DNA of 64,000 nucleotides, taken from assembly GCA_963719515.1 (NCBI GenBank), contig CAVRCJ010000011.1, positions 96,001-160,000 on the forward strand, written 5' to 3'. The notes below the pieces were generated by a model. The model did no database searches. It saw only the letters and a program-made list of their open reading frames with translations, and had not been told where the DNA came from. The stretch is from an uncultured cyanobacterium (GTDB lineage: Bacteria > Cyanobacteriota > Cyanobacteriia > CAKZMO01). Shown piece after piece: positions 18,501 to 27,608 of the stretch. The first letter of the stretch is position 1; every line of letters begins with the position of its first letter. The position numbers were made by a program, and so were the translations under genes.

Positions 18501-19800
18501 CGGCAGTTTGGACAATACGGCGCGGGTGTGGGACGTTGCGGCAAACCAAGAGGTGGCCCGCATTGCCCATGAGGGGTCGGTCGTTGACGTGCGCTTTAGT
18601 CCCGACGGGCGCTACCTGGCAACCGGCAGTAGGGACAGCACCGCCCGGGTGTGGGACATTGCGGCAAACCCAGAAGTCGCCCGCATTGCCCATGAGGGGT
18701 ATGTCGAAGACGTGCGCTTTAGCCCTGACGGGCGCTACCTGGCAACCGGCAGTAGGGACAATACGGCGCGGGTGTGGGACGTTGCGGCAAACCAAGAGGT
18801 GGCCCGCATTGCCCATGAGGGGTGGGTCGTTGACGTGCGGTTTAGCCCCGACGGGCGCTACCTGGCAACCGGCAGTTTGGACAATACGGCGCGGGTGTGG
18901 GACGTTGCGGCAAACCAAGAGGTGGCCCGCATTGCCCATGAGGGGTCGGTCTATGACGTGCGGTTTAGCCCCGACGGGCGCTACCTGGCAACCGGCAGTA
19001 GTGACAATACGGCGCGGGTGTGGGACATCGCGGCAAACCAAGAGGTGGCCCGCATTGCCCATGAGGGGTGGGTCGTTGACGTGCGGTTTAGCCCCGACGG
19101 GCGCTACCTGGCAACCGGCAGTAGTGACAATACGGCGCGGGTGTGGGACATCGCGGCAAACCAAGAAGTCGCCCGCATTGCCCATGAGGGGTATGTCCTT
19201 GACGTGCGGTTTAGCCCCGACGGGCGCTACCTGGCAACCGGCAGTTTGGACAATACGGCGCGGGGGTGGGACGTTGCGGCAAACCAAGAGGTGGCCCGCA
19301 TTGCCCATGAGGGGTCGGTCTATGACGTGCGCTTTAGCCCTGACGGGCGCTACCTGGCAACCGGCAGTGAGGACAACACGGCGCGGGTGTGGGACGTTGC
19401 GGCAAACCAAGAGGTGGCCCGCATTGCCCATGAGGGGAATGTCCGTGACGTGCGCTTTAGCCCCGACGGGCGCTACCTGGCAACCGGCAGTTGGGACAGC
19501 ACGGCGCGGGTGTGGGACGTTGCGGCAAACCAAGAGGTGGCCCGCATTCCGCATGATGAGAGCGTAGGAAGCGTGCAGTTTCACCCCACAAAACCCTACC
19601 TGCTCACCCGCAGCGGCAACGTCGCCGAAGTCTGGATGCTCGACCCCAACGACCTGATGGCCGAAGCCTGCCGCCGCCTCACTCGCAACCTCACCCTTGA
19701 CGAATGGCGACAGTACCTCGGCGACGAACCCTACGAGGCCACCTGCCCCGACCTCCCCCGCCTCGATCGCGAAACTGAAGCCCCAACCGCAAGTCGCTGA
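15520..19800 (+). CDS. AAA_35 NTPase - TM helix - coiled coil - WD40 repeat protein
   Basis: GTG at 15520 after CAGGAG, overlapping the upstream stop; YTPGGTV, TSRQMGKSS, VFVDEID, TPFNIG, GGHPYLTQ; TM LIAGLTVVALGMSGLAAYAV; A/E/Q-rich coil; 16+1 WD40 repeats; ACRRLTRNLT..EW..Y tail. Confidence 0.92.
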   Translation: MGKPNRNIYTPGGTVQAGQGIYLERQADAQLLQLCQEGVFAYVLTSRQMGKSSLMVHTARRLATEGVVTLIVDLTDVGVQDVTADAWYRGFLLEIEAKLESQERFLDTDVYAWWEAHHYLTVSQKLSRFFRHVLLEEVEGPVVVFVDEIDTTLSLDFTDDFFITIRSFYTARAQDAAFQRLSFVLIGVATPGDLIVDSKRTPFNIGQRVELTDFGYGEALPLAAGLALGGTALAGDGPGGTSAAGREREVFERVLHWTGGHPYLTQRLCIELARYGGGGEPTGLTPLSPPLEGVIEPTQAGFTPSNSPLEGVIEPTQAGFTPSNSPLLRGRTGGFRAARPQDAGELEGVNPNAELSAKTVDQVVSRTFFGEKSEQDNNLQFVRDMLTTRSPNVLEGLAIYRAVWRGRRPVVDEEQSIVKSHLKLSGGVKRQGQRLVVRNEIYRRVFDGRWVREHWPEGVWERLRPAMPLIAGLTVVALGMSGLAAYAVGQRNRAEQQTALLEEALLREEEQREFALNKAEEAEANAKQARQNEAEATRQSTRAEKNLKDAQLAQQQAEAAKLAEQGQRQEAETQTAIAQEQTTIAQEQTVLAEQRLEEADSATLLAKQRLSEADAAKLQAEQESRISLARQLAAQSEYSRRQRLDLFPRSILLAVESMKRLMDSSTSTADTHQALHSLKTLPPKASRIAHEGAVYDVRFSPDGRYLATGSRDNTARVWDVAANQEVARIAHEGWVVDVRFSPDGRYLATGSEDGTARVWDVVANQEVARIAHEGSVVDVRFSPDGRYLATGSEDGTARVWDVTANQEVARIAHEGWVVDVRFSPDGRYLATGSLDNTARVWDVAANQEVARIAHEGSVYDVRFSPDGRYLATGSEDGTARVWDVVANQEVARIAHEGWVVDVRFSPDGRYLATGSEDGTARVWDVAANQEVARIAEGSVVDVRFSPDGRYLATGSRDNTARVWDVAANQEVARIAHEGWVVDVRFSPDGRYLATGSLDNTARVWDVAANQEVARIAHEGSVVDVRFSPDGRYLATGSRDSTARVWDIAANPEVARIAHEGYVEDVRFSPDGRYLATGSRDNTARVWDVAANQEVARIAHEGWVVDVRFSPDGRYLATGSLDNTARVWDVAANQEVARIAHEGSVYDVRFSPDGRYLATGSSDNTARVWDIAANQEVARIAHEGWVVDVRFSPDGRYLATGSSDNTARVWDIAANQEVARIAHEGYVLDVRFSPDGRYLATGSLDNTARGWDVAANQEVARIAHEGSVYDVRFSPDGRYLATGSEDNTARVWDVAANQEVARIAHEGNVRDVRFSPDGRYLATGSWDSTARVWDVAANQEVARIPHDESVGSVQFHPTKPYLLTRSGNVAEVWMLDPNDLMAEACRRLTRNLTLDEWRQYLGDEPYEATCPDLPRLDRETEAPTASR
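16371..16570. repeat. In-frame MITE-like palindromic insertion with a 54-bp tandem duplication inside the AAA_35 domain
   Basis: GGTTTTACCCCCTCTAACTCCCC / GGGGAGTTAGAGGGGGTGAACC inverted repeats; duplicated 18-aa PLEGVIEPTQAGFTPSNS. Confidence 0.8.
17581..19545 (+). repeat. Array of 16 near-identical 123-bp WD40 coding repeats (repeat 7 lacks one codon)
   Basis: IAHEGxVxDVRFSPDGRYLATGSxDxTARVWDVAANQEVAR x16, near-identical at DNA level. Confidence 0.97.
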
Positions 19801-19884
19801 GCTATGGACGGAACCATTGGCCCACCGTACCGCCAATAGACTGTCTCATCCCGCATCACGCTGATTGGCTACGCTTCGCGATCG

Positions 19885-20025
19885 CCCGCAGCTCAAGCGC
19901 GGGCTATTGAACGCCGTCCGCTCAAGCGGACTCCTGAGGGGAGGTCGATGCTCAGAATTTGGGCCAGAAGGTGCTTCAACCCACTTGAGTGGGTGTTTTC
20001 AGCTAGCCCACGATTTGTCTGCGGG
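19885..20025. repeat. REPIN-like inverted doublet of two-hairpin REP-like units
   Basis: Reverse complement of the left unit AGTCCGCTTGAGCGGAC-N9-TAGCCCGCG..GCGGG parallels the right unit AACCCACTTGAGTGGGT-N9-TAGCCCACG..GCGGG with compensatory stem changes. Confidence 0.6.
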
Positions 20026-20166
20026 TGGAGGTGAACGCACAGCCAAGCTGCTCATGAAAGGCCCACCCCCTATTTCCCAGCAGCGTCTTTATAGTCGTGG
20101 GTGCCCTAACAGAACGCGATCGCCAAGGGCAGGGCGCGACAGCAACGCCCCACCCTCTAGCCCGTT

Positions 20167-20406
20167 TTACTCCTCAACAGCAGGCGGCGCTGGCGGCAAG
20201 ATCTTCGTCAACACCCGCATCACCTTCCCCGACCCTGCAGGCTGCGGATCGCTCCAGTCCCCCGCATCCGCATAGCCCAGCTGGTGCAACCGGTGACGAC
20301 AGGTATTCACCGCCCGCAGCGAGCCGATCGCCATCAGCAGCAGCGCATCCTCCTCCGGCAAAAACTCCGAGAAGTTGATCGGGCTGCAGTTCGCTTCATG
20401 TGTCAT
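20167..20406 (-). CDS. Small hypothetical protein (79 aa) of a recurrent cyanobacterial family (IGS..AV....H.LH.LGYA..GDWS...P)
   Basis: RBS AGGAGA 5 nt before ATG; motif recalled from cyanobacterial small proteins; function unknown. Confidence 0.75.
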   Translation of the reverse strand: MTHEANCSPINFSEFLPEEDALLLMAIGSLRAVNTCRHRLHQLGYADAGDWSDPQPAGSGKVMRVLTKILPPAPPAVEE

Positions 20407-20417
20407 GGATGTCTCCT

Positions 20418-20610
20418 AGATAATAGAGGAGAGCGCCAAACAAAGCAGCCGCCCCACGCCATGACAAAGCGGGGCGGCTACTCTAAAATCTTGAGAGCCT
20501 CCGCGCTGGTTTGTTCAGCGTTCCGGGGTTAGTCTCCTGGCGGTGTTGGTAGCACTTCCAGGGGACGCTAGGTTTTAAGGCCGATCTCTTGAGGCGTTCT
20601 CCTCGGTGGT
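20418..20610 (-). ncRNA. Candidate structured 5' leader / cis-regulatory RNA
   Basis: Long-range pairing 20604-20593 with 20437-20426 (11/12); hairpins 20445-20481 and 20530-20570. Confidence 0.5.
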
Positions 20611-20916
20611 TATAGAACAAATGGACCCAATTGCGTCCATGGGTTGGCAGTGTAGCGGGTTTTAGGCACAAACACAACCATAATTAAAGAGTTTTTTAGG
20701 GCCGCGATCGCTCCCCTAAGCGCACAAACCATAAATGCTATGCTAGACAAAATTAACGCCCCTGCTTCCCGGTCCTGTGTTTTACACCCCCCTTCCCTAG
20801 GCTAGATGCAGTTCATTCAACCCAACCCCGATGCTCCGACCAGCCGCAATCGCATCCCTTAAGAGTTTGGAGAACTGCTAGCAACCTATTCGTTTAGTTG
20901 CCGCGTCTAACCGCCT

Positions 20917-22899
20917 ATGGATAACTCCTTTGAAATTACGCTGCAGATGGTGCTGGTTACCCTCTCGGGAATCACCGCCCAGGTTTTAGGAGACTACCTC
21001 AAGCTCCCCAGCATTGTTTTCCTTCTTATGTTCGGCATCCTGCTGGGCTCAGACGGCCTCGCCCTGCTTCACCCTAGCGTGCTGGGGGTGGGGCTAGAAG
21101 TGATTGTGGCCCTCTCCGTCGCGCTGATCCTCTTTGAGGGCGGGCTCAACCTAGAGCTGCGGGATTTGGGACGCGTTTCCGGCAGCCTGCAAAACCTCGT
21201 CACCTTTGGCACCCTCATCACCCTCATCGGGGGCGGCATGGCGGCCCACTGGTTCAGCGAGTTTCCCTGGACCCTAGCCTTTTTATACGCGTCGCTGGTG
21301 GTGGTCACCGGCCCCACCGTAATTACGCCCCTGCTGAAACAGGTGCAGGTGGAGCGGCGGGTGGCCGCCATATTAGAAGGTGAGGGGGTCTTAGTAGACC
21401 CCGTGGGAGCCATCCTGGCCGTCGTCGTTCTCGACGTGATCTTGAACGGCGACGCCGATCCGCTCATGGTGGTCAGCGGCCTGCTGCTGCGCCTCGGCAT
21501 CGGCGGCGCGATTGGGGCCGTGGGGGGCTGGCTGCTGGGGCTGTTTTTGAAGCGGGCCGACTTTTTATCAGAAGACTCCAAAAACCTCGTCGTGCTGGCG
21601 GGAGTGTGGGGGCTGTTTGGCCTAGCCCAGGTGGTGCGCAGCGAGTCGGGGCTGATGACTGTGGTGATTGCGGGCATCGTGCTCCGCGCCTCGTCGCTGC
21701 CCGAAGAGAGACTGCTGCTGCGGTTTAAAGGGCAGCTGACGGTGCTGGCGGTGTCGGTGCTGTTTATTTTGCTGTCCGCAGACCTCTCAATTGCCAGCCT
21801 GTTTGCCCTGGGGTGGGGGGCGATGGCGACGGTGCTGACGCTGATGTTCGTCGTGCGCCCCATCAATATTTGGGTCTGCACCTGGAATAGCGACCTCAAC
21901 TGGCGGCAAAAGCTCTTTTTGGCCTGGGTCGCCCCCAAGGGCATCGTCTCGGCCTCGGTGGCCTCCCTATTTGCCCTGTTGCTCACCGACCGGGGCATCA
22001 GCGGCGGCGACGCCATCAAAGCGCTGGTATTTTTGACCATCATCACCACCGTTGCGGCCCAGGGCCTGACGGCGGGCTGGGTAGCCCGGTGGCTGGGCAT
22101 CACCTCCACCCAGGCCACGGGCGCTGTCATTGTGGGCTGCAACCCCATGAGCAAGCTCATTGCCCGCCTGTTCCAGGACCGAGGCGAGACGATTGTCTTG
22201 ATTGACACTGACGAGGAGGCCTGCATCCAGGCCGAGAAAGAGGGGCTCACCGCCATCGCCAGCAGTGCCCTAGAAGTAGAGGTTCTGGAGAAAGCGGGTC
22301 TCGACACGGCGGGGACGTTTTTGGCAATGACCAACAACAGCGAGGTCAACGCCGTTTTGGCCGGGCGGGCAATCGAAGAATTCAAGCCGCCTCGGGTGCT
22401 GGCGGTCACCACAGGAGACCTGAAGACCGATTTAGAGCTGGTGGAAGACAGCAGCGGCAAGCCGCCCAAGCCACCCGCCGCCAAAGTTCAGCAGGCCTTC
22501 GTGCAAAAGCTGCCCCTCAAGGCTTGGAACGGCTACCTGCAAGAGGGGGCCATCAAGCTAGGGGAAACCACCCTCAAGGAGCCCGGCTTCTTGTTCCAGC
22601 AGGCCCACCTCAAAGCGCTAACGCGGGCGGGTGAGCTGGTGCCCATCATGGTAGAGCGCGACAAGCGTCTGCAGGTCGTGCGCGCCCAAGAAGACTGGCA
22701 GTCAGGCGATCGCATCTTTTATCTCCTTCATGATCCCCGACCGAAGCTGCTGCGGCGGCTCTCAGGGGGCTCCACCCCTTCCCGGCTGGCCGTCGAGAAG
22801 CTACCCGCCGTCGAGGAAATTCCTATTCCCAAACCCGCCGGCCTAGAGGGCGACGCGACCCTACTGCCCCTGCCGCCCCAGGCGCAGCAAACCACGTAG
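20917..22899 (+). CDS. NhaP-type cation:proton antiporter with TrkA-N domain
   Basis: LFEGGL, VTGPTV, ILEGEGVLVDPVG, APKGIV motifs; C-terminal NAD-binding domain. Confidence 0.9.
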   Translation: MDNSFEITLQMVLVTLSGITAQVLGDYLKLPSIVFLLMFGILLGSDGLALLHPSVLGVGLEVIVALSVALILFEGGLNLELRDLGRVSGSLQNLVTFGTLITLIGGGMAAHWFSEFPWTLAFLYASLVVVTGPTVITPLLKQVQVERRVAAILEGEGVLVDPVGAILAVVVLDVILNGDADPLMVVSGLLLRLGIGGAIGAVGGWLLGLFLKRADFLSEDSKNLVVLAGVWGLFGLAQVVRSESGLMTVVIAGIVLRASSLPEERLLLRFKGQLTVLAVSVLFILLSADLSIASLFALGWGAMATVLTLMFVVRPINIWVCTWNSDLNWRQKLFLAWVAPKGIVSASVASLFALLLTDRGISGGDAIKALVFLTIITTVAAQGLTAGWVARWLGITSTQATGAVIVGCNPMSKLIARLFQDRGETIVLIDTDEEACIQAEKEGLTAIASSALEVEVLEKAGLDTAGTFLAMTNNSEVNAVLAGRAIEEFKPPRVLAVTTGDLKTDLELVEDSSGKPPKPPAAKVQQAFVQKLPLKAWNGYLQEGAIKLGETTLKEPGFLFQQAHLKALTRAGELVPIMVERDKRLQVVRAQEDWQSGDRIFYLLHDPRPKLLRRLSGGSTPSRLAVEKLPAVEEIPIPKPAGLEGDATLLPLPPQAQQTT

Positions 22900-22924
22900 C
22901 CTCAGCGCTGGCCCAAATGGAAAC

Positions 22925-22969
22925 CCCACCGCGCCGCCTAGACCCCACCGCGGCGCGGTGGGTTTTTTT
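22925..22969 (+). terminator. Intrinsic terminator
   Basis: CCCACCGCGCCGC...GCGGCGCGGTGGG followed by T7. Confidence 0.85.
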
Positions 22970-23235
22970 GTCGGCAATGTTGTATTACTTAACACGTCTG
23001 GCTTCGGGACGACAACCCTAAAGAAAACCCTAAAGCTTTGGTGGGACTGGGAAACCATCACTACAGTGGAGAAGGTAGAGGCCTAGCTCTACAACGGCCC
23101 TCAAGAAGTAGCGGCTCCGCCCTTGGATCGGTTTTGTTACTCGCGGCATTCTGACACCGCTGAGCCCATCCGCCCCAGGCCCAACCCCCAAAAGGCCCGC
23201 TTCAACCGACCCAACATCTGTCTCAAGAGGTCTTC

Positions 23236-24198
23236 ATGGCTAATTTTGCTCAGTGGCCGACCCATCGCTCCGGCCAGACGACAGCGGCTAGCCCAAAGCC
23301 CCCTAACCCGGCGGCAGTCCAGCAAATTCGTCGCCTGGTGTGGAAGATGGCGATCGCCACCTTTATTTTGATGGCCATTGGCAGCGCGACCCGCGTGATG
23401 AATGCTGGATTGGCCTGCCCCGATTGGCCCCTGTGCTACGGCACCTTGATCCCCACCCAGCAGATGAACCTGCAGGTATTTTTGGAGTGGATTCACCGCC
23501 TAGACGCTTCCCTCATCGGCCTGATGGCGATCGCCCTGGTGGGGCTGTCCTGGCGACAGCGGGCCGGGGTTCCCCAGTGGCTCCCCTGGGCCTCGGTGCT
23601 GGCGCTGGCGCTGGTGCTGGTTCAAGGTCTGCTGGGCGGCCTGACGGTTACCGAGCTGCTGCGCTTTGATATCGTCACGGCCCACCTGGGGACGGCGCTG
23701 CTGTTTTTCGTCACCCTGCTGACCATTGGGGTGCTGCTGATGCCTGCGTCCGAGACCCCAGCCCCGTCGTCCCGTCGTCTGGGAATTCTCAGCCTCCTCG
23801 CCGCCGCCCTGATTTACCTGCAGAGCCTCTCCGGCGGCTTAGTGGGCTCCCAGTGGGCGCTGCACCAGTGTCTGCAGCTCACCCAGCTGTGCTCGGTGGT
23901 CAATCTCCACCTGCTGGGGGTGATTCCCGCCAGCCTCGCCATCGGGGCGGTGGTGTTCTTCGGGTGGCGATCGCCCCAGGTCAAGCCCCTCGCTCAGACT
24001 GCCGGCGGGCTGCTGCTGGCGCAAATTTTTCTGGGCACCGCCACCTTTCGGCTGCACCTCCAGGTTGAGCTATTGACCATCAGCCACCAGGTGGTGGCGG
24101 CGGCGCTTCTCGGCAGCCTGGTGTGCATCGCGGCCCACAGCCTGCGATCGGCTCGCCGCCTAGACACCCCTCAAACCGATGGCCTAGCGAGCGCCTAA
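23236..24198 (+). CDS. ctaA: Heme A synthase (COX15/CtaA)
   Basis: AGLACPDWPLC, EWIHR, multiple TM His; upstream of ctaB. Confidence 0.93.
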   Translation: MANFAQWPTHRSGQTTAASPKPPNPAAVQQIRRLVWKMAIATFILMAIGSATRVMNAGLACPDWPLCYGTLIPTQQMNLQVFLEWIHRLDASLIGLMAIALVGLSWRQRAGVPQWLPWASVLALALVLVQGLLGGLTVTELLRFDIVTAHLGTALLFFVTLLTIGVLLMPASETPAPSSRRLGILSLLAAALIYLQSLSGGLVGSQWALHQCLQLTQLCSVVNLHLLGVIPASLAIGAVVFFGWRSPQVKPLAQTAGGLLLAQIFLGTATFRLHLQVELLTISHQVVAAALLGSLVCIAAHSLRSARRLDTPQTDGLASA

Positions 24199-24245
24199 GT
24201 TTTTCCCTCTATCCCGCTGAATTACCCTAAACGACGCCAATTTTT

Positions 24246-25214
24246 ATGCAAAACGTTGCGACTCCTATCCGCCACCACCAAAATCTCTGGCAGCTCCTGC
24301 AGAGCTATTGGCAGCTCACCAAGCCGCGCATCATTCTGCTGCTGCTGATCACCACCGCTGGCAGCATGTGGATTGCGGCCTCCGGAGAAGTTGACCCCGT
24401 TTTACTCCTCTCCACCATTACCGGCGGAGCCCTAGCGGCGGCCTCGGCCAACACCATCAACTGCCTGTACGACCGCGACATCGACTACGACATGGAGCGC
24501 ACCCGCCACCGCCCTCTGCCCTCAGGCCGGGTGCAGCCCAAAGACGCCCTCCTGTTTGCCATCACCCTGGCCCTCCTCTCTTTTGGCCTGATCACGGCGA
24601 CCTCCAACCTGCTCAGCGCCCTGCTGGCCATGTCGGGAATCGTCACCTACGTCCTCGTCTACACCCATTGGCTCAAGCGCCACAATAGCCAAAACATCGT
24701 CATTGGCGGTGCGGCGGGCGCAATTCCGCCTTTGGTGGGCTGGGCAGCGGTAACCGGTGAACTGAGCTGGCCCGCCTGGATTTTGTTCGCCATCGTCTTT
24801 GTCTGGACCCCGCCCCACTTTTGGGCGCTGGCCATGATGATTCGTGAGGACTACGCCAAAGTCGGCGTCCCCATGCTGCCTGTGGTGAAAGGAGAAGCGG
24901 TCACCGCAAAGCAGATTCTCATCTACACGGTGCTGCTGCTGCCGACTACGCTGCTGCTGGTGTACCCGTTTGGCGTCTTGGGCATCGTTTATGCCATCAG
25001 CGCCCTCTACCTGGGCGGCGTCTTTATTGCCAAGTCCTGGGCGCTGCTGCAAAGCCCCTGCGACTTGGGCCTAGCGCGATCGCTGTTCAAGTACTCCATT
25101 GTCTACATGATGGTGCTCAGCGCCGCCATGGCCCTAGACAGCCTGCCGGTAACCCGTGATTTGGTGGCGCAGCTCAGCGCCCACATGGGCAGCTACCTCT
25201 CAGCGGTGCTCTAA
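24246..25214 (+). CDS. ctaB: Heme o synthase (protoheme IX farnesyltransferase)
   Basis: [31 protein letters not shown]. Confidence 0.95.
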   Translation: MQNVATPIRHHQNLWQLLQSYWQLTKPRIILLLLITTAGSMWIAASGEVDPVLLLSTITGGALAAASANTINCLYDRDIDYDMERTRHRPLPSGRVQPKDALLFAITLALLSFGLITATSNLLSALLAMSGIVTYVLVYTHWLKRHNSQNIVIGGAAGAIPPLVGWAAVTGELSWPAWILFAIVFVWTPPHFWALAMMIREDYAKVGVPMLPVVKGEAVTAKQILIYTVLLLPTTLLLVYPFGVLGIVYAISALYLGGVFIAKSWALLQSPCDLGLARSLFKYSIVYMMVLSAAMALDSLPVTRDLVAQLSAHMGSYLSAVL

Positions 25215-25237
25215 CCCAGAAGCAATCCCCCACGGCC

Positions 25238-26095
25238 CTAGCGGCTCCGCTCAGCGGTTCTCAGCTTTGCGGAGCGGGCGCGGGGATTGTCTGCAATCTC
25301 AGCCTCGTCCGCGATCGCGGGCTTCTTGGTCATTACGATTAGATCTGGGTTGCCTCTAAAGCCGTGCTTTACCAGCCTATCTTCCAGGCTGTGAAAGCTG
25401 ATCACGGTTAGCCGTCCGCCGGGGCGCAGCCAGCGGGGAGCCTGCTCTAGAAAGATCTCTAGACGCTCTAGCTCTTGGTTGACGGCGATCCGCAGGGCCT
25501 GAAACGTCCGGGTCGCGGGGTGAATGCGCCCGTAGCGGTAGGAGCGGGGGACGCTTTGGGCGATCGCCTCTGCCAGCTGCACCGTATCGGTGAAGGGCCG
25601 CCGCTGCACGATTTGGCGGGCGATGCGCCGCGACAGGCGCTCTTCCCCGTACTGGTAGATCAAATTGGCCAGATCGGTCTCGCCTGTGTGGTTGACGAGG
25701 TCTGAGGCCGTCTTCTCTTGGGTTTGGTCCATGCGCATGTCGAGGGGGGCAGCCTGACGGAAGCTAAACCCCCGCTCGGGGCGATCGACTTGGGGCGAGC
25801 TGACGCCCAGGTCCGCCAGGATGCCGTCGAATAGCCCCTCGGGGACGTAGTCTGCAAAGTTGCTGTGGTGAAACTCGACGCGATCGCCGTAGCCCAGCAG
25901 CCGCTCTCGGGCCGCTGTCAGCGCGATTGGGTCGTGGTCTAGCGCCACTAGGCGGGTATCGGGTGCCGCGTCTAGAATCAGCTGGCTGTGCCCGCCGCCG
26001 CCCACGGTGGCATCTAGATAGCGCCCGCCGGGGCAAATGCTTAGACTGGCGATCGCGGCGTCAGCTAAAACGGGAATATGGTGGAATAAAACCAT
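25238..26095 (-). CDS. rsmH: 16S rRNA m4C1402 methyltransferase
   Basis: [53 protein letters not shown]. Confidence 0.97.
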   Translation of the reverse strand: MVLFHHIPVLADAAIASLSICPGGRYLDATVGGGGHSQLILDAAPDTRLVALDHDPIALTAARERLLGYGDRVEFHHSNFADYVPEGLFDGILADLGVSSPQVDRPERGFSFRQAAPLDMRMDQTQEKTASDLVNHTGETDLANLIYQYGEERLSRRIARQIVQRRPFTDTVQLAEAIAQSVPRSYRYGRIHPATRTFQALRIAVNQELERLEIFLEQAPRWLRPGGRLTVISFHSLEDRLVKHGFRGNPDLIVMTKKPAIADEAEIADNPRARSAKLRTAERSR

Positions 26096-26250
26096 GGCTG
26101 TCTAAGCTGACGTCAGTCCCTATAATAAAGTTAACAAGTGTCATAATTGCAGCCAGCGCAGCCATTAGTCTAGCTAGCGCCTGCGCGAGCCGTCACAAGT
26201 CTCAGCCGTCACGCTTGTTGGCCATCACACCTAGAGGAAATCTGCGACCC

Positions 26251-27435
26251 ATGTCAATGATCCAAACCAAGACCGAGCCCATGGTGATCAACATGGGCCC
26301 CCACCATCCGTCCATGCACGGCGTGCTGCGCCTAATTGTGACGTTAGATGGGGAGGACGTTGTCGACTGCGAACCCGTGATTGGCTATCTCCATCGCGGC
26401 ATGGAAAAGATTGCCGAGAACCGCACCAACACGATGTTTGTGCCCTACGTGAGCCGCTGGGACTACGCAGAGGGCATGTTTAATGAGGCCGTCACGGTCA
26501 ACGCCCCCGAGAAGCTGGCAAACATCGACGTGCCCAAGCGGGCGAGCTACATCCGCGTCATTATGCTGGAGCTCAACCGCATCGCTAACCACCTGCTGTG
26601 GCTAGGCCCATTTTTAGCCGACGTCGGCGCGCAGACTCCCTTCTTCTACATTTTCCGTGAGCGGGAGATGATCTACGACCTGTGGGAAGCGGCTAGCGGC
26701 GCGCGGCTGATCAACAACAACTATTTCCGCATTGGCGGGGTGGCGGCAGATCTGCCCTACGGCTGGATCGACAAATGCGAAGATTTCTGCGACTACTTTT
26801 TGCCCAAGGTCGACGAGTACGAGAAGCTGATTACCAACAACCCCATCTTTCGCCGTCGCGTCGAGGGCCTCGGCGTCATTACCCGTGACCAGGCCATCAA
26901 CTGGGGCCTCTCTGGGCCGATGCTGAGAGCCTCCGGAGTCAAGTGGGACTTGCGCAAGGTAGACCACTACGAATGCTACGACGAGCTCGATTGGGACATT
27001 CAGTGGGACACCGTCGGCGACTGCTTCGCCCGCTACGTGGTGCGCGTGCGGGAGATGCGCGAGTCGGTGAAGATTGTTCGTCAGGCCATCAAGCAGCTGC
27101 CCGGTGGCCCCTACGAGAACCTAGAAGCCAAGCGCATGTCCAGCGGCCCCAAGTCAGAGTGGAACGATTTTGACTACCAGTTCATCGGTAAGAAAATTCC
27201 GCCCACCTTTAAGATTCCTGAGGGCGAGCACTACGTTCGCGTAGAGAGCGGCAAGGGAGAATTGGGCATCTACCTGATTGGCAGCAACGACGTCTTCCCC
27301 TGGCGCTGGAAGATTCGGGCCGCCGACTTTAATAACCTGCAGATTTTGCCGGAGCTGCTGCGCGGGGTAAAAGTGGCCGACATTATGGCCATTTTGGGCA
27401 GCATCGACATCATCATGGGCTCCGTAGATCGGTAG
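26251..27435 (+). CDS. ndhH: NAD(P)H-quinone oxidoreductase subunit H
   Basis: [14 protein letters not shown] ... DIIMGSVDR; start reset to ATG 26251. Confidence 0.97.
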   Translation: MSMIQTKTEPMVINMGPHHPSMHGVLRLIVTLDGEDVVDCEPVIGYLHRGMEKIAENRTNTMFVPYVSRWDYAEGMFNEAVTVNAPEKLANIDVPKRASYIRVIMLELNRIANHLLWLGPFLADVGAQTPFFYIFREREMIYDLWEAASGARLINNNYFRIGGVAADLPYGWIDKCEDFCDYFLPKVDEYEKLITNNPIFRRRVEGLGVITRDQAINWGLSGPMLRASGVKWDLRKVDHYECYDELDWDIQWDTVGDCFARYVVRVREMRESVKIVRQAIKQLPGGPYENLEAKRMSSGPKSEWNDFDYQFIGKKIPPTFKIPEGEHYVRVESGKGELGIYLIGSNDVFPWRWKIRAADFNNLQILPELLRGVKVADIMAILGSIDIIMGSVDR

Positions 27436-27608
27436 GTTCCGCAAGCGGTAGGTTAGCGGGCAGTGGTGAGGGGCGATCGCAGCCGTCCCTCACCACCACC
27501 CGTAATCGCGCCAAACCTCACAAATTAACAACGTGCCCTAGACCTGGCCAAAACACGGATATACTACGCCATATGTAGTTCAGTATTTTGGCCAAAGCCG
27601 CATTGCCC

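Noticed and set aside
17581..19545. CRISPR array or diversity-generating retroelement
   Set aside because: Repeats are contiguous coding units without spacers; variation is not adenine-specific; no cas or reverse transcriptase gene in the window.
17551..19836. 761-aa antisense ORF and 661-aa alternative-frame ORF over the WD40 array
   Set aside because: A stop-free 123-bp unit repeated 16 times automatically keeps other frames open; no independent protein features.
21069..22484. Long antisense ORFs opposite the antiporter, ftsH (7003..7806) and tnpB (35323..36084, 35913..36656)
   Set aside because: Shadow ORFs typical of GC-rich coding DNA.
25927..26250. 108-aa N-terminal extension of NdhH in the ORF track
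   Set aside because: Overlaps the divergent rsmH; the conserved NdhH start is ATG 26251.
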